DNA of 64,000 nt from TPA_inf: Saccharomyces (lineage: Eukaryota): contig BK006941.2 of assembly GCA_000146045.2 (NCBI GenBank), positions 1,026,941 through 1,090,940 of the forward strand. The letters run 5' to 3'. The notes below the pieces were generated by a model. It worked only from the letters and a program-made list of their open reading frames with translations, ran no database searches and had not been told where the DNA came from. Within the stretch, counting starts at the first letter, position 1, and every line of letters begins with the position of its first letter. This document shows, piece by piece, positions 1-11,774 of this stretch. Both the position numbers and the translations under genes were made by a program.

Positions 1-429
1 TACTTTCACTGGATTGATTTGAAAGTTAATGCTGAGTTTGAGATGTTTTAAAGAGGAACTGTGGTGATCGGTTATTTCTATTCGCTTTTGTGTGCGTCTT
101 TTCATCGTTTGCAGCTGAACTTGTTGAGGCATTAGCCGCTGAGGAATTTTTTTCTGCCTCTATAAACTTGTTTATTATCACTAAAAACGTACCGTCTGTT
201 ATTTTGTACGGCCATGTGTGCGAAAAAGGACAAAGTGGTAGCGAAAGAGCAATATTGGGACGAAAAGGAGCAGAAAAGGAACTGCGTAGGGTCTTAAATA
301 AAGCAAAACGTCTGAAGGATCTTGCGTACTCCTTACTAACCCATTGTTGTTTTCGACAGTCATAAAAAGAAGTTACCACGGTCTATTTCTCTCTTCTCGC
401 TATTTATTCACAATTGGTGCAGAAAGAAC

Positions 430-3400
430 ATGGCACGAAATTTAAGGAATAGACGCGGTAGCGACGTTGAAGATGCAAGCAACGCAAAGGTTGGGTATGA
501 AACACAGATTAAAGACGAAAATGGCATAATCCATACAACAACTCGCTCTTTGAGAAAAATAAACTACGCAGAAATTGAGAAAGTGTTTGATTTTTTGGAA
601 GATGACCAGGTCATGGACAAAGATGAGACGCCCGTTGATGTTACTAGTGATGAACATCATAACAACAACCAGAAAGGCGATGATGAAGACGATGATGTTG
701 ATCTTGTATCACCGCACGAAAACGCCAGAACGAACGAAGAGCTTACTAATGAAAGGAACTTGAGAAAAAGAAAAGCGCATGATCCAGAAGAAGATGACGA
801 AAGTTTTCATGAGGAAGATGTCGACGATGATGAAGAGGAGGAAGAAGCAGACGAATTTGAAGATGAGTATTTGGATGAAGACTCGAAGGATAACAACCGT
901 CGGCGCAGAGCGGCCGATAGGAAATTTGTAGTACCAGACCCTGATGACGATGAAGAATACGATGAGGATGACGAAGAAGGAGACAGAATAAGCCATTCGG
1001 CTTCTTCTAAACGTTTGAAAAGGGCAAATTCTCGAAGAACAAGATCGTCACGTCACCCAGAAACTCCACCACCGGTAAGAAGAGCTTTAAGAAGTAGGAC
1101 AAGACATTCGCGTACTTCAAATGAAGAAAATGACGATGAGAATGATAATAGCAGGAATGAAGCGTTAACTTTAGCTGATGAAATTAGAGAGTTACAGGAA
1201 GATAGTCCTATCAGGGAAAAAAGATTTCTTCGCGAAAGAACTAAGCCGGTAAATTACAAATTACCACCACCACTAACTGCTAGCAACGCAGAAGAATTTA
1301 TAGATAAGAATAACAATGCACTTTCTTTTCATAACCCATCACCTGCACGGCGTGGTCGCGGTGGTTGGAATGCTAGTCAAAATTCTGGTCCCACAAGAAG
1401 GCTTTTTCCCACTGGTGGACCTTTTGGTGGCAATGACGTAACTACAATATTTGGTAAGAATACTAATTTTTACAACCAAGTCCCATCTGCATTCAGTGAT
1501 AATAACAACAATAAATTAATACTGGATTCAGACTCTTCCGATGATGAGATATTACCTCTTGGCGTGACACCGAAAACAAAGAAAGAGAACACGCAAAAAA
1601 AGAAGAAGAAAAAACCAGAAATTGCAGACCTCGATCCATTAGGCGTAGACATGAATGTAAATTTTGACGATATAGGTGGTTTAGACAACTACATTGACCA
1701 ATTAAAGGAAATGGTGGCCTTACCACTATTATACCCAGAATTGTATCAAAATTTTAATATCACGCCCCCAAGGGGTGTTCTTTTCCATGGTCCTCCTGGT
1801 ACGGGTAAAACACTTATGGCAAGAGCGTTAGCAGCAAGTTGTTCTTCTGATGAAAGGAAGATCACATTTTTTATGCGTAAAGGTGCAGATATTTTATCCA
1901 AGTGGGTTGGTGAAGCTGAAAGACAACTCCGTTTGTTATTCGAAGAAGCTAAAAAACATCAACCTTCCATCATTTTTTTTGATGAAATCGACGGATTAGC
2001 GCCTGTGAGAAGTTCCAAACAAGAACAGATCCATGCTAGTATTGTTTCCACATTATTAGCGCTGATGGATGGTATGGACAATAGAGGCCAAGTCATTGTC
2101 ATCGGAGCCACAAATCGACCCGATGCAGTGGATCCCGCATTAAGAAGGCCGGGAAGATTTGATAGAGAATTTTATTTTCCATTACCTGATGTTAAAGCAC
2201 GTTTTAAAATTTTGCAAATTCAGACCAGGAAATGGAGTTCACCGTTGTCAACCAACTTCATTGATAAATTGGCTTTTTTGACCAAAGGATATGGTGGTGC
2301 TGATCTGAGGTCCCTATGCACTGAGGCTGCACTAATAAGTATACAAAGAAGCTTTCCTCAAATTTATAGGTCAAATGATAAACTCTTGGTGGACCCTTCT
2401 AAGATTAAAGTCAAAGTTAGCGATTTCATGTTAGCTTTGAAAAAAATTGTTCCGTCATCTGCGAGATCTACTGGTAGTTCTCCTCAGCCACTACCTGAAT
2501 TAATCAAACCATTACTGGCAGATCAACTTAATAATTTAAAGAACAAGCTGGATTATATGCTGAACATTAAAGACACAACTTTTCAGAGAAACACATCATT
2601 GCTACAAAATTTCATCGATTATGAAGAATACAGTGGAGAGGAAGAAGAGCATGACAAATATGGAGGAAATGAAGATACATCCAGTTTTAGATCATATGAG
2701 TTTTTCGAATCGATGGCGGAATCACAAATTTGTAAACCTCGGTTATTAATAAATGGGCCCAAGGGAAATGGTCAACAATATGTCGGAGCCGCAATTTTAA
2801 ATTATTTAGAAGAATTCAACGTCCAAAACCTGGACCTTGCCTCTTTGGTTTCGGAAAGTTCTAGGACTATTGAAGCTGCTGTAGTGCAAAGTTTTATGGA
2901 AGCAAAGAAAAGACAGCCCTCAGTTGTATTTATTCCTAATTTAGACATTTGGATCAACACTATTCCAGAAAACGTTATTTTAGTCTTATCAGGTTTGTTC
3001 AGATCTTTACAAAGCAATGAAAAAATTCTTCTATTATGCTTAGCTGAAAATCTTGATATATCTGAAGTTAAAAATGGTATTTTATCTGATTTTGCTTTTG
3101 ATAAAAATATCTTTCAACTGCATAAACCATCCAAAGAGAATATAACGAGGTATTTTTCTAATTTAATTGAACTACTGAAAACAAAGCCAAGTGATATTCC
3201 CATGAAAAAGAGAAGAGTCAAACCGTTACCTGAATTACAAAAAGTAACTTCAAACGCAGCTCCAACAAATTTTGATGAAAATGGTGAGCCACTGTCTGAA
3301 AAAGTGGTATTAAGAAGGAAGTTGAAATCTTTTCAACACCAAGATATGAGATTGAAAAATGTGTTAAAAATCAAACTCTCAGGCTTGATGGATCTTTTTA

Positions 3401-4569
3401 AAAACAGATATAAAAGGTTTAGAAAACCACCTATTGATGATGCCTTCTTGGTTCATCTTTTCGAACCAGAGACAAGCAATGATCCCAATTGGCAACCTGC
3501 ATATATAAAAGATGAGAACATGATTCTGGAGGTTTCAACAGGGCGAAAGTTTTTTAACATGGATTTGGATATTGTCGAAGAGAGACTTTGGAATGGCTAT
3601 TACTCAGAACCAAAACAGTTTTTAAAAGACATTGAACTGATATACAGGGATGCAAATACCATTGGGGACAGAGAACGTGTCATTAAGGCCTCTGAGATGT
3701 TTGCCAACGCGCAAATGGGTATCGAAGAAATTTCAACCCCGGATTTTATTCAAGAGTGTAAAGCTACTCGCCAAAGGGATTTGGAAAGGCAGGAACTTTT
3801 CTTAGAAGATGAAGAGAAAAGAGCTGCAATGGAATTAGAAGCCAAAGAACAGAGTCAAGAAAATATACTGCAAGAACCTGATTTAAAGGATAACAAGGCT
3901 AATGAGTTTGGTGTAGCTGCTGGTAATCAATTGCAAGCTCAGCTGCAAACAACTATCAATACAGCCTCTATCGTTAATAACAGCGAGGTCCCTCAACCAA
4001 TTGATACCAACCTGTATAAAAAGGAGATTCCTGCGGCAATTCCCTCTGCAGTAGATAAAGAAAAAGCGGTCATCCCTGAGGATAGCGGTGCAAATGAAGA
4101 ATACACAACGGAACTGATACAGGCCACTTGCACGTCAGAGATAACCACCGATGATGATGAAAGGGCCAGAAAAGAACCAAAAGAGAATGAAGACTCTTTG
4201 CAAACGCAGGTTACGGAAGAAAACTTCAGCAAAATAGACGCTAATACTAATAATATAAATCACGTAAAGGAAATTCAATCGGTTAACAAACCAAATTCCC
4301 TCCACGAAACGGTAGAAAAAAGGGAACGAAGTCCGATACCAAAAGAGGTTGTGGAACCGGAGCAAGGGAAGAAGAGCGACAAGGAGCTTATTTTGACGCC
4401 CGAACAAATAAAAAAAGTATCTGCATGCTTAATCGAACACTGTCAGAATTTTACGGTTTCTCAATTAGAAGATGTTCATTCGTCCGTTGCAAAAATAATA
4501 TGGAAAAGTAAATCAGCATGGGATAAAACAGGAACTGTCGATGAAATAATAAAATTTTTATCTGAATAA
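430..4569 (+). CDS. YTA7: AAA-ATPase chromatin protein with C-terminal bromodomain-like region (Yta7)
   Basis: 1379 aa, matching YTA7. Very acidic D/E-rich N-terminus. Walker A GPPGTGKT and Walker B IIFFDEIDGL. Second-region/arginine-finger segment GATNRPDAVDPALRRPGRFD. Second degenerate AAA-like segment, then a C-terminal bromodomain-like region. ATG at 430, TAA at 4567. Confidence 0.93.
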   Translation: MARNLRNRRGSDVEDASNAKVGYETQIKDENGIIHTTTRSLRKINYAEIEKVFDFLEDDQVMDKDETPVDVTSDEHHNNNQKGDDEDDDVDLVSPHENARTNEELTNERNLRKRKAHDPEEDDESFHEEDVDDDEEEEEADEFEDEYLDEDSKDNNRRRRAADRKFVVPDPDDDEEYDEDDEEGDRISHSASSKRLKRANSRRTRSSRHPETPPPVRRALRSRTRHSRTSNEENDDENDNSRNEALTLADEIRELQEDSPIREKRFLRERTKPVNYKLPPPLTASNAEEFIDKNNNALSFHNPSPARRGRGGWNASQNSGPTRRLFPTGGPFGGNDVTTIFGKNTNFYNQVPSAFSDNNNNKLILDSDSSDDEILPLGVTPKTKKENTQKKKKKKPEIADLDPLGVDMNVNFDDIGGLDNYIDQLKEMVALPLLYPELYQNFNITPPRGVLFHGPPGTGKTLMARALAASCSSDERKITFFMRKGADILSKWVGEAERQLRLLFEEAKKHQPSIIFFDEIDGLAPVRSSKQEQIHASIVSTLLALMDGMDNRGQVIVIGATNRPDAVDPALRRPGRFDREFYFPLPDVKARFKILQIQTRKWSSPLSTNFIDKLAFLTKGYGGADLRSLCTEAALISIQRSFPQIYRSNDKLLVDPSKIKVKVSDFMLALKKIVPSSARSTGSSPQPLPELIKPLLADQLNNLKNKLDYMLNIKDTTFQRNTSLLQNFIDYEEYSGEEEEHDKYGGNEDTSSFRSYEFFESMAESQICKPRLLINGPKGNGQQYVGAAILNYLEEFNVQNLDLASLVSESSRTIEAAVVQSFMEAKKRQPSVVFIPNLDIWINTIPENVILVLSGLFRSLQSNEKILLLCLAENLDISEVKNGILSDFAFDKNIFQLHKPSKENITRYFSNLIELLKTKPSDIPMKKRRVKPLPELQKVTSNAAPTNFDENGEPLSEKVVLRRKLKSFQHQDMRLKNVLKIKLSGLMDLFKNRYKRFRKPPIDDAFLVHLFEPETSNDPNWQPAYIKDENMILEVSTGRKFFNMDLDIVEERLWNGYYSEPKQFLKDIELIYRDANTIGDRERVIKASEMFANAQMGIEEISTPDFIQECKATRQRDLERQELFLEDEEKRAAMELEAKEQSQENILQEPDLKDNKANEFGVAAGNQLQAQLQTTINTASIVNNSEVPQPIDTNLYKKEIPAAIPSAVDKEKAVIPEDSGANEEYTTELIQATCTSEITTDDDERARKEPKENEDSLQTQVTEENFSKIDANTNNINHVKEIQSVNKPNSLHETVEKRERSPIPKEVVEPEQGKKSDKELILTPEQIKKVSACLIEHCQNFTVSQLEDVHSSVAKIIWKSKSAWDKTGTVDEIIKFLSE

Positions 4570-4850
4570 GCAGGAGTCCATAATGTTTATATAATTCTTA
4601 AATGTAGTTAGTTCATATACATGAATGTGCACTTTTCTTGAAAAGAAATAGATTTAAAACCACACCTTGTATATATATTATGCTTTTTTCCACTACTTTA
4701 TTTTAACAGTCACTGTTCTGGCATACGTTTCGGGTAATGACCGAGAATGGAATATGTATTGAACATATTGAAATTAAACATGTTCATAATATCTTCTAAC
4801 ACCATTGGAATTGTGAGAAGTAGATCCGTACCATCAATAGCCGGCTCAAG

Positions 4851-7800
4851 ATGTCAACTGAATACTCTGCTGATTCATCTAAATCATTTATGATTGCAAT
4901 GCAATCTATGATTGATACTTCACAAACCTTTAATCTAGATAGATCGAAAATCTCTTTACCAGATTTTGATGACGAGCTAAAAAAAGTCCAAAAGGATGAA
5001 CAAAATCAAAGAACTGAACTAACTGTTCTCTCACAAGATAGAAATGATTGGGATGATATATTTGAGGAGTTTAAAGACATTTCATTTGCTCAACTGCAAT
5101 CTATAATTGATTCATACAAAACAAAGAATGCAGTTGCAGTATATAAAAAAATTGGAAAACTAATCAATGAAGCTGAAACGACACTAAGCAGCAATGTATT
5201 ATTAGAAACTGTACTGCAAATGGTTTATAAACATCAAAAGCAAGAGTTAGAGAAAGAATTGTTGGATTTTTTAGGAACAGGGAATATAGACCTTGTTTCT
5301 CTGTTACTTCAGCATAGAAGAATGATCGTTGCTACACCTATAGAAACGACGATTCTGCTAATAAAAAATGCGGTCAATTCAACGCCAGAGTTCCTGACAC
5401 AGCAAGATATCAGGAATCAAGTTTTGAAAAGTGCAGAGGATGCCAAGAATAGGAAATTAAATCCCGCCACTAAAATAATCAAGTACCCACACGTCTTCAG
5501 AAAATATGAAGCAGGATCCACTACAGCTATGGCCTTTGCCGGTCAAAAATTCACTTTGCCAGTAGGGACTACAAGGATGTCGTACAATACCCATGAAGAA
5601 ATTATAATTCCGGCAGCAGATCAGGCATCCAACAAGAACTATCTCTATACAAAACTATTGAAAATAAGTGATTTGGATCATTTTTGCAAGACTGTATTTC
5701 CCTATGAAACTTTAAACCAAATACAATCCCTTGTTTACCCCGTAGCTTATAAAACAAATGAAAATATGCTAATTTGTGCACCTACTGGTGCAGGTAAAAC
5801 AGACATTGCATTACTGACAATAATTAATACAATAAAACAATTCTCCGTGGTCAACGGGGAAAATGAAATTGATATTCAATATGATGATTTTAAAGTTATT
5901 TATGTTGCCCCTTTGAAAGCACTCGCTGCTGAAATCGTCGACAAGTTTAGTAAGAAATTGGCGCCTTTTAATATACAAGTAAGGGAGTTAACAGGCGATA
6001 TGCAATTGACAAAGGCGGAAATTTTAGCCACTCAAGTAATAGTCACAACCCCTGAGAAATGGGACGTTGTCACCCGTAAAGCAAACGGCGACAACGATTT
6101 GGTTTCAAAGGTCAAATTACTAATTATTGATGAAGTTCATTTACTGCACGAAGATAGAGGTTCGGTTATTGAAACTTTAGTTGCACGTACCTTGAGACAG
6201 GTAGAAAGCTCTCAATCAATGATTCGTATTATCGGTCTATCAGCTACATTACCCAATTTTATGGATGTAGCAGATTTCTTAGGAGTAAATAGACAGATCG
6301 GAATGTTCTATTTTGATCAATCATTCCGTCCAAAGCCTCTAGAGCAGCAACTTTTGGGCTGTAGAGGTAAGGCAGGTAGTAGACAAAGTAAAGAGAATAT
6401 CGATAAAGTCGCTTACGACAAATTGAGTGAAATGATTCAAAGAGGGTACCAGGTAATGGTATTTGTCCACTCAAGAAAGGAAACTGTTAAAAGTGCAAGA
6501 AACTTTATCAAACTAGCAGAATCTAACCACGAAGTTGACCTTTTTGCACCTGACCCTATCGAAAAGGATAAATATTCTAGAAGTTTAGTGAAGAACAGAG
6601 ACAAGGATATGAAGGAGATTTTTCAATTTGGTTTTGGTATCCATCATGCTGGTATGGCCCGTTCAGATAGAAATCTTACTGAAAAAATGTTTAAAGACGG
6701 TGCTATCAAGGTACTGTGTTGTACTGCAACATTAGCATGGGGTGTTAATTTACCTGCTGATTGTGTTATCATCAAGGGTACACAAGTATATGATTCTAAA
6801 AAGGGTGGATTCATAGATCTAGGTATTTCAGATGTTATTCAGATTTTTGGCAGGGGTGGTAGGCCGGGCTTCGGTTCCGCAAATGGTACGGGTATTTTAT
6901 GTACTTCCAATGATCGTCTGGATCATTATGTTTCCTTAATTACTCAACAACACCCTATCGAATCTAGATTCGGTTCCAAGTTGGTTGATAACCTGAACGC
7001 CGAAATTTCATTGGGGAGCGTGACAAATGTAGATGAAGCAATCGAATGGCTTGGTTACACATACATGTTTGTTCGTATGAGAAAAAATCCTTTTACTTAC
7101 GGTATTGATTGGGAGGAAATTGCAAATGACCCGCAATTATATGAACGGAGGAGAAAAATGATCGTAGTAGCTGCAAGGCGATTACATGCTCTCCAAATGA
7201 TTGTGTTCGATGAAGTGTCAATGCATTTCATTGCAAAGGATTTGGGCAGGGTGTCCTCTGATTTTTATCTTTTGAACGAATCCGTCGAGATATTCAATCA
7301 AATGTGTGATCCCAGAGCCACCGAAGCTGATGTATTGTCCATGATCAGTATGAGCAGTGAATTTGACGGTATAAAATTTAGAGAAGAAGAATCCAAGGAG
7401 TTGAAGAGACTTTCTGATGAATCTGTTGAGTGCCAGATTGGAAGCCAACTTGACACCCCTCAAGGTAAAGCAAACGTGCTATTACAGGCTTATATTTCCC
7501 AGACTAGAATTTTTGACTCAGCACTATCATCCGATTCGAATTATGTTGCTCAGAACTCTGTTAGAATTTGTAGAGCATTGTTTTTAATAGGTGTCAATAG
7601 AAGATGGGGTAAATTTTCAAACGTCATGCTAAATATTTGCAAATCTATTGAAAAGAGGCTCTGGGCCTTTGATCACCCTCTCTGTCAGTTTGATTTGCCT
7701 GAAAATATTATCAGACGCATCAGAGATACTAAACCTTCCATGGAGCATCTTTTAGAATTAGAGGCAGATGAGCTCGGAGAGCTGGTGCATAATAAGAAGG

Positions 7801-10754
7801 CCGGGTCTAGGTTATATAAAATATTGAGCCGATTTCCAAAGATTAATATAGAAGCTGAGATTTTCCCCATTACAACAAATGTAATGAGGATACATATTGC
7901 ATTAGGTCCAGACTTTGTATGGGATTCCCGGATACATGGTGATGCACAGTTTTTTTGGGTTTTCGTTGAAGAATCTGATAAGTCGCAAATCCTTCATTTT
8001 GAAAAGTTCATCTTAAACAGAAGGCAGTTGAATAATCAGCATGAAATGGACTTCATGATCCCATTGTCAGACCCTTTGCCTCCGCAGGTTGTCGTAAAGG
8101 TTGTGTCGGATACTTGGATTGGCTGTGAATCGACCCATGCCATCTCTTTTCAACATTTAATCAGACCATTTAACGAAACTTTACAGACAAAATTGTTGAA
8201 GTTACGTCCTCTACCTACATCAGCCCTCCAGAATCCTTTAATTGAGTCAATTTATCCTTTCAAGTATTTCAATCCCATGCAAACTATGACATTTTATACA
8301 CTTTACAATACCAATGAGAATGCGTTTGTTGGCTCGCCTACAGGTTCTGGTAAAACGATTGTGGCTGAATTGGCTATATGGCATGCCTTCAAAACATTTC
8401 CTGGGAAAAAGATTGTTTATATCGCACCAATGAAAGCATTAGTACGTGAAAGGGTTGATGACTGGAGAAAGAAAATAACACCAGTGACCGGAGATAAAGT
8501 TGTAGAGTTAACCGGTGATTCTTTGCCAGATCCTAAAGATGTGCATGATGCCACCATTGTTATTACAACTCCAGAAAAGTTTGATGGTATTTCCCGTAAT
8601 TGGCAAACTCGTAAGTTTGTTCAAGATGTATCTTTAATTATCATGGATGAAATTCATTTGTTGGCTAGTGATCGTGGTCCTATCTTAGAAATGATTGTTA
8701 GTCGTATGAATTATATTTCCTCTCAAACCAAGCAACCGGTCAGACTGCTAGGTATGTCAACTGCTGTTTCAAACGCCTACGACATGGCTGGCTGGTTGGG
8801 AGTTAAGGACCACGGACTGTATAACTTCCCGTCAAGCGTCCGTCCGGTTCCATTGAAAATGTACATTGATGGATTTCCAGATAATTTGGCATTCTGTCCT
8901 CTGATGAAAACAATGAACAAACCTGTGTTTATGGCCATTAAACAACATTCACCTGATAAACCAGCATTAATATTTGTTGCATCGCGTAGACAAACTAGAC
9001 TAACGGCTTTAGACTTGATCCACTTATGTGGAATGGAAGATAATCCACGTAGGTTTTTGAATATAGACGATGAGGAGGAACTGCAATATTACTTATCACA
9101 GGTCACTGACGACACTTTAAAGTTATCACTCCAGTTCGGTATTGGATTGCATCATGCAGGTCTAGTGCAAAAAGATCGTTCTATTTCTCATCAGTTGTTT
9201 CAAAAAAACAAAATTCAGATTCTGATCGCTACATCAACCCTAGCGTGGGGTGTCAATTTGCCAGCTCACTTGGTTATCATCAAAGGTACACAATTTTTTG
9301 ATGCAAAAATTGAAGGATATAGAGATATGGATTTAACAGATATCTTGCAAATGATGGGGAGAGCTGGTAGACCGGCTTATGACACTACAGGTACTGCTAT
9401 CGTTTATACAAAAGAGTCCAAAAAAATGTTTTATAAACATTTCCTAAACGTTGGTTTTCCTGTCGAGTCCTCCTTGCACAAGGTATTAGATGATCATTTA
9501 GGTGCAGAAATAACGTCAGGTAGCATAACTAATAAGCAAGAAGCGTTAGATTTTTTGAGTTGGACATTTTTGTTTCGTAGAGCGCATCATAACCCGACAT
9601 ATTATGGCATTGAAGATGATACAAGTACAGCAGGAGTCAGTGAACATTTGAGTTCTTTGATAGATAGCACATTAGAAAATCTGCGAGAATCACAATGTGT
9701 TTTATTACATGGAGATGATATTGTTGCTACGCCATTCTTAAGTATATCCTCATACTACTATATTTCACATTTAACGATACGCCAATTATTGAAACAGATA
9801 CATGATCATGCGACTTTTCAAGAGGTATTACGATGGTTATCGTTGGCTGTTGAGTATAATGAATTGCCTGTAAGAGGTGGTGAAATTATCATGAATGAAG
9901 AAATGTCGCAGCAATCGAGGTACTCCGTTGAAAGCACTTTTACCGATGAATTCGAATTACCGATGTGGGATCCACATGTAAAAACATTTTTATTACTTCA
10001 AGCTCATTTAAGCCGTGTAGATTTACCGATTGCAGATTATATCCAGGATACCGTATCAGTTTTGGATCAATCTCTACGTATTCTACAGGCTTATATTGAT
10101 GTCGCCAGTGAATTGGGTTACTTTCATACGGTATTGACCATGATAAAGATGATGCAATGCATAAAGCAAGGGTATTGGTATGAAGACGATCCTGTTAGTG
10201 TACTTCCAGGATTACAACTGAGAAGAATCAAAGATTACACTTTTAGCGAGCAGGGGTTCATTGAAATGACGCCGCAGCAAAAGAAGAAAAAGCTGTTAAC
10301 CTTGGAGGAAATAGGAAGGTTTGGATATAAGAAATTATTAAATGTTTTTGATCAACTAACTTTTGGAATGACAGAAAGCGAAGATACGAAAAAACGTTTC
10401 GTCAGTGTCTGCCAAAGATTACCGGTTTTAGAAGGCATGAAATTTGAAGAACAGGAAAATAACGAGGTGTTAACATTTTATAGCAAGCACCTTTCTAGTA
10501 AGCATAATAATGGGTTTGAAGTATATTGTGATAAATTCCCTAAGATACAAAAAGAACTATGGTTTTTAATTGGACACAAAGGCGATGAACTGCTGATGAT
10601 TAAAAGGTGTCAACCAAAACAAATGAATAAAGAGGTCATAATACATTGTGATCTATTTATTCCCGAAGAAATTCGTGGCGAAGAATTGCAATTTTCCCTT
10701 ATTAATGACGCTTTAGGATTACGTTATGATATGGTCCATAAACTAATCTCTTAG
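4851..10754 (+). CDS. SLH1: Ski2/Brr2-like RNA helicase with duplicated DExH helicase-Sec63 cassettes (Slh1)
   Basis: 1967 aa. Two helicase cassettes. Cassette 1 has motif I APTGAGKT and motif II DEVH. Cassette 2 has SPTGSGKT and DEIH. Each cassette has HHAG-type motif VI followed by a Sec63-like region. Length and order match YGR271W. Confidence 0.93.
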   Translation: MSTEYSADSSKSFMIAMQSMIDTSQTFNLDRSKISLPDFDDELKKVQKDEQNQRTELTVLSQDRNDWDDIFEEFKDISFAQLQSIIDSYKTKNAVAVYKKIGKLINEAETTLSSNVLLETVLQMVYKHQKQELEKELLDFLGTGNIDLVSLLLQHRRMIVATPIETTILLIKNAVNSTPEFLTQQDIRNQVLKSAEDAKNRKLNPATKIIKYPHVFRKYEAGSTTAMAFAGQKFTLPVGTTRMSYNTHEEIIIPAADQASNKNYLYTKLLKISDLDHFCKTVFPYETLNQIQSLVYPVAYKTNENMLICAPTGAGKTDIALLTIINTIKQFSVVNGENEIDIQYDDFKVIYVAPLKALAAEIVDKFSKKLAPFNIQVRELTGDMQLTKAEILATQVIVTTPEKWDVVTRKANGDNDLVSKVKLLIIDEVHLLHEDRGSVIETLVARTLRQVESSQSMIRIIGLSATLPNFMDVADFLGVNRQIGMFYFDQSFRPKPLEQQLLGCRGKAGSRQSKENIDKVAYDKLSEMIQRGYQVMVFVHSRKETVKSARNFIKLAESNHEVDLFAPDPIEKDKYSRSLVKNRDKDMKEIFQFGFGIHHAGMARSDRNLTEKMFKDGAIKVLCCTATLAWGVNLPADCVIIKGTQVYDSKKGGFIDLGISDVIQIFGRGGRPGFGSANGTGILCTSNDRLDHYVSLITQQHPIESRFGSKLVDNLNAEISLGSVTNVDEAIEWLGYTYMFVRMRKNPFTYGIDWEEIANDPQLYERRRKMIVVAARRLHALQMIVFDEVSMHFIAKDLGRVSSDFYLLNESVEIFNQMCDPRATEADVLSMISMSSEFDGIKFREEESKELKRLSDESVECQIGSQLDTPQGKANVLLQAYISQTRIFDSALSSDSNYVAQNSVRICRALFLIGVNRRWGKFSNVMLNICKSIEKRLWAFDHPLCQFDLPENIIRRIRDTKPSMEHLLELEADELGELVHNKKAGSRLYKILSRFPKINIEAEIFPITTNVMRIHIALGPDFVWDSRIHGDAQFFWVFVEESDKSQILHFEKFILNRRQLNNQHEMDFMIPLSDPLPPQVVVKVVSDTWIGCESTHAISFQHLIRPFNETLQTKLLKLRPLPTSALQNPLIESIYPFKYFNPMQTMTFYTLYNTNENAFVGSPTGSGKTIVAELAIWHAFKTFPGKKIVYIAPMKALVRERVDDWRKKITPVTGDKVVELTGDSLPDPKDVHDATIVITTPEKFDGISRNWQTRKFVQDVSLIIMDEIHLLASDRGPILEMIVSRMNYISSQTKQPVRLLGMSTAVSNAYDMAGWLGVKDHGLYNFPSSVRPVPLKMYIDGFPDNLAFCPLMKTMNKPVFMAIKQHSPDKPALIFVASRRQTRLTALDLIHLCGMEDNPRRFLNIDDEEELQYYLSQVTDDTLKLSLQFGIGLHHAGLVQKDRSISHQLFQKNKIQILIATSTLAWGVNLPAHLVIIKGTQFFDAKIEGYRDMDLTDILQMMGRAGRPAYDTTGTAIVYTKESKKMFYKHFLNVGFPVESSLHKVLDDHLGAEITSGSITNKQEALDFLSWTFLFRRAHHNPTYYGIEDDTSTAGVSEHLSSLIDSTLENLRESQCVLLHGDDIVATPFLSISSYYYISHLTIRQLLKQIHDHATFQEVLRWLSLAVEYNELPVRGGEIIMNEEMSQQSRYSVESTFTDEFELPMWDPHVKTFLLLQAHLSRVDLPIADYIQDTVSVLDQSLRILQAYIDVASELGYFHTVLTMIKMMQCIKQGYWYEDDPVSVLPGLQLRRIKDYTFSEQGFIEMTPQQKKKKLLTLEEIGRFGYKKLLNVFDQLTFGMTESEDTKKRFVSVCQRLPVLEGMKFEEQENNEVLTFYSKHLSSKHNNGFEVYCDKFPKIQKELWFLIGHKGDELLMIKRCQPKQMNKEVIIHCDLFIPEEIRGEELQFSLINDALGLRYDMVHKLIS

Positions 10755-10859
10755 TGAGACACAATTAAAACAACAATTATTTTGTGAAAGATAACAGTGG
10801 AAATCTATCTAGTATACATCTTCGTATATATTTTCTTACATAACGCATTTAGAATTTTT

Positions 10860-11561
10860 TTACTCAAAAAAGTCATCCTTTTCATCTTCTCCCACAACTT
10901 GATCCAATTCTTTTCTATCCTGTGTAGGTGATACTTGTGATCCATCCTCATGATCTTTATCAGGTGATAATGTTAATCCGATGGAATCTTCATCCAATTT
11001 CTTTCCCTTCAATATCTCTTCGAAAGATACGTTTAAGGTGTTCGCATCCATTCTTTCAGCTACTAATTTAAGAAATTGTTCTCTTCTAAGATTTGTCAAT
11101 TCTACGCCCTTTGGGTCTGTAGATGGTGTATCATTCGGATATAGTGCAATATACTTTTCAGTTTTGGGAAAATTTATCACGTAACATAATTCAATTTTAG
11201 TGGCTCTCAACTTTTGTTGTAAATCTTTATCATCTGCGCCAGATTCTTTTATTTTCTTCAATAATCTGTTATATTTTCTCAATGCTTTTTTTTTTTCAAA
11301 GAATCTCACCATATGATATTTTTTAGCGTTGGCTTTAATCTTATTCTTGAGTTCATTATTCTGCAATTCCAACCGTAAAGCTTGCAAATTTCTTTCCTTT
11401 TCTATTATTACTGTGGATGGAAGTATATCTTTCTTCTTTTTTAATAACCTCTCTAAATCTCTTATTCTTCTTTTAATTTTGTTTGTTCCTGCATCCATTA
11501 TCTGGGACATCTCTAGAGATGACCCAAGAGCCTTGCTTCTCTTCCTCTGTAATTTAGCCAT
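10860..11561 (-). CDS. EFG1: Small basic coiled-coil nucleolar protein needed for 18S rRNA maturation (Efg1)
   Basis: 233 aa, lysine/arginine-rich, coiled-coil-like. Position between SLH1 and TAF1 and length match YGR271C-A/EFG1. Identified by recall, not by motif. Confidence 0.7.
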   Translation of the reverse strand: MAKLQRKRSKALGSSLEMSQIMDAGTNKIKRRIRDLERLLKKKKDILPSTVIIEKERNLQALRLELQNNELKNKIKANAKKYHMVRFFEKKKALRKYNRLLKKIKESGADDKDLQQKLRATKIELCYVINFPKTEKYIALYPNDTPSTDPKGVELTNLRREQFLKLVAERMDANTLNVSFEEILKGKKLDEDSIGLTLSPDKDHEDGSQVSPTQDRKELDQVVGEDEKDDFFE

Positions 11562-11774
11562 TGATTGATTAGGTTTATTGAATGATATAAGTAAAATAAC
11601 TAAGTCACGATATTTGTTTTATGTATTGTTTAATTGTAGAGATGAGATGAGTATGAAAATTTTTTTGAATGTGTTTTTCTTAGTGCTCCGGCATAGGGTA
11701 CCGCAGAAATTAAAGGAATACATATTTTTGAGCTTCAAGCACTTTTTATAATCTTAGCGTACTTATCTTTATAT

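Noticed and set aside
26-379. Two overlapping ORFs at the window start: 26-379 minus strand (117 aa) and 90-365 plus strand (91 aa)
   Set aside because: They overlap each other in the YTA7 upstream region and have no recognisable motifs. They are probably dubious or spurious ORFs within the YTA7 promoter. I cannot support a coding call.
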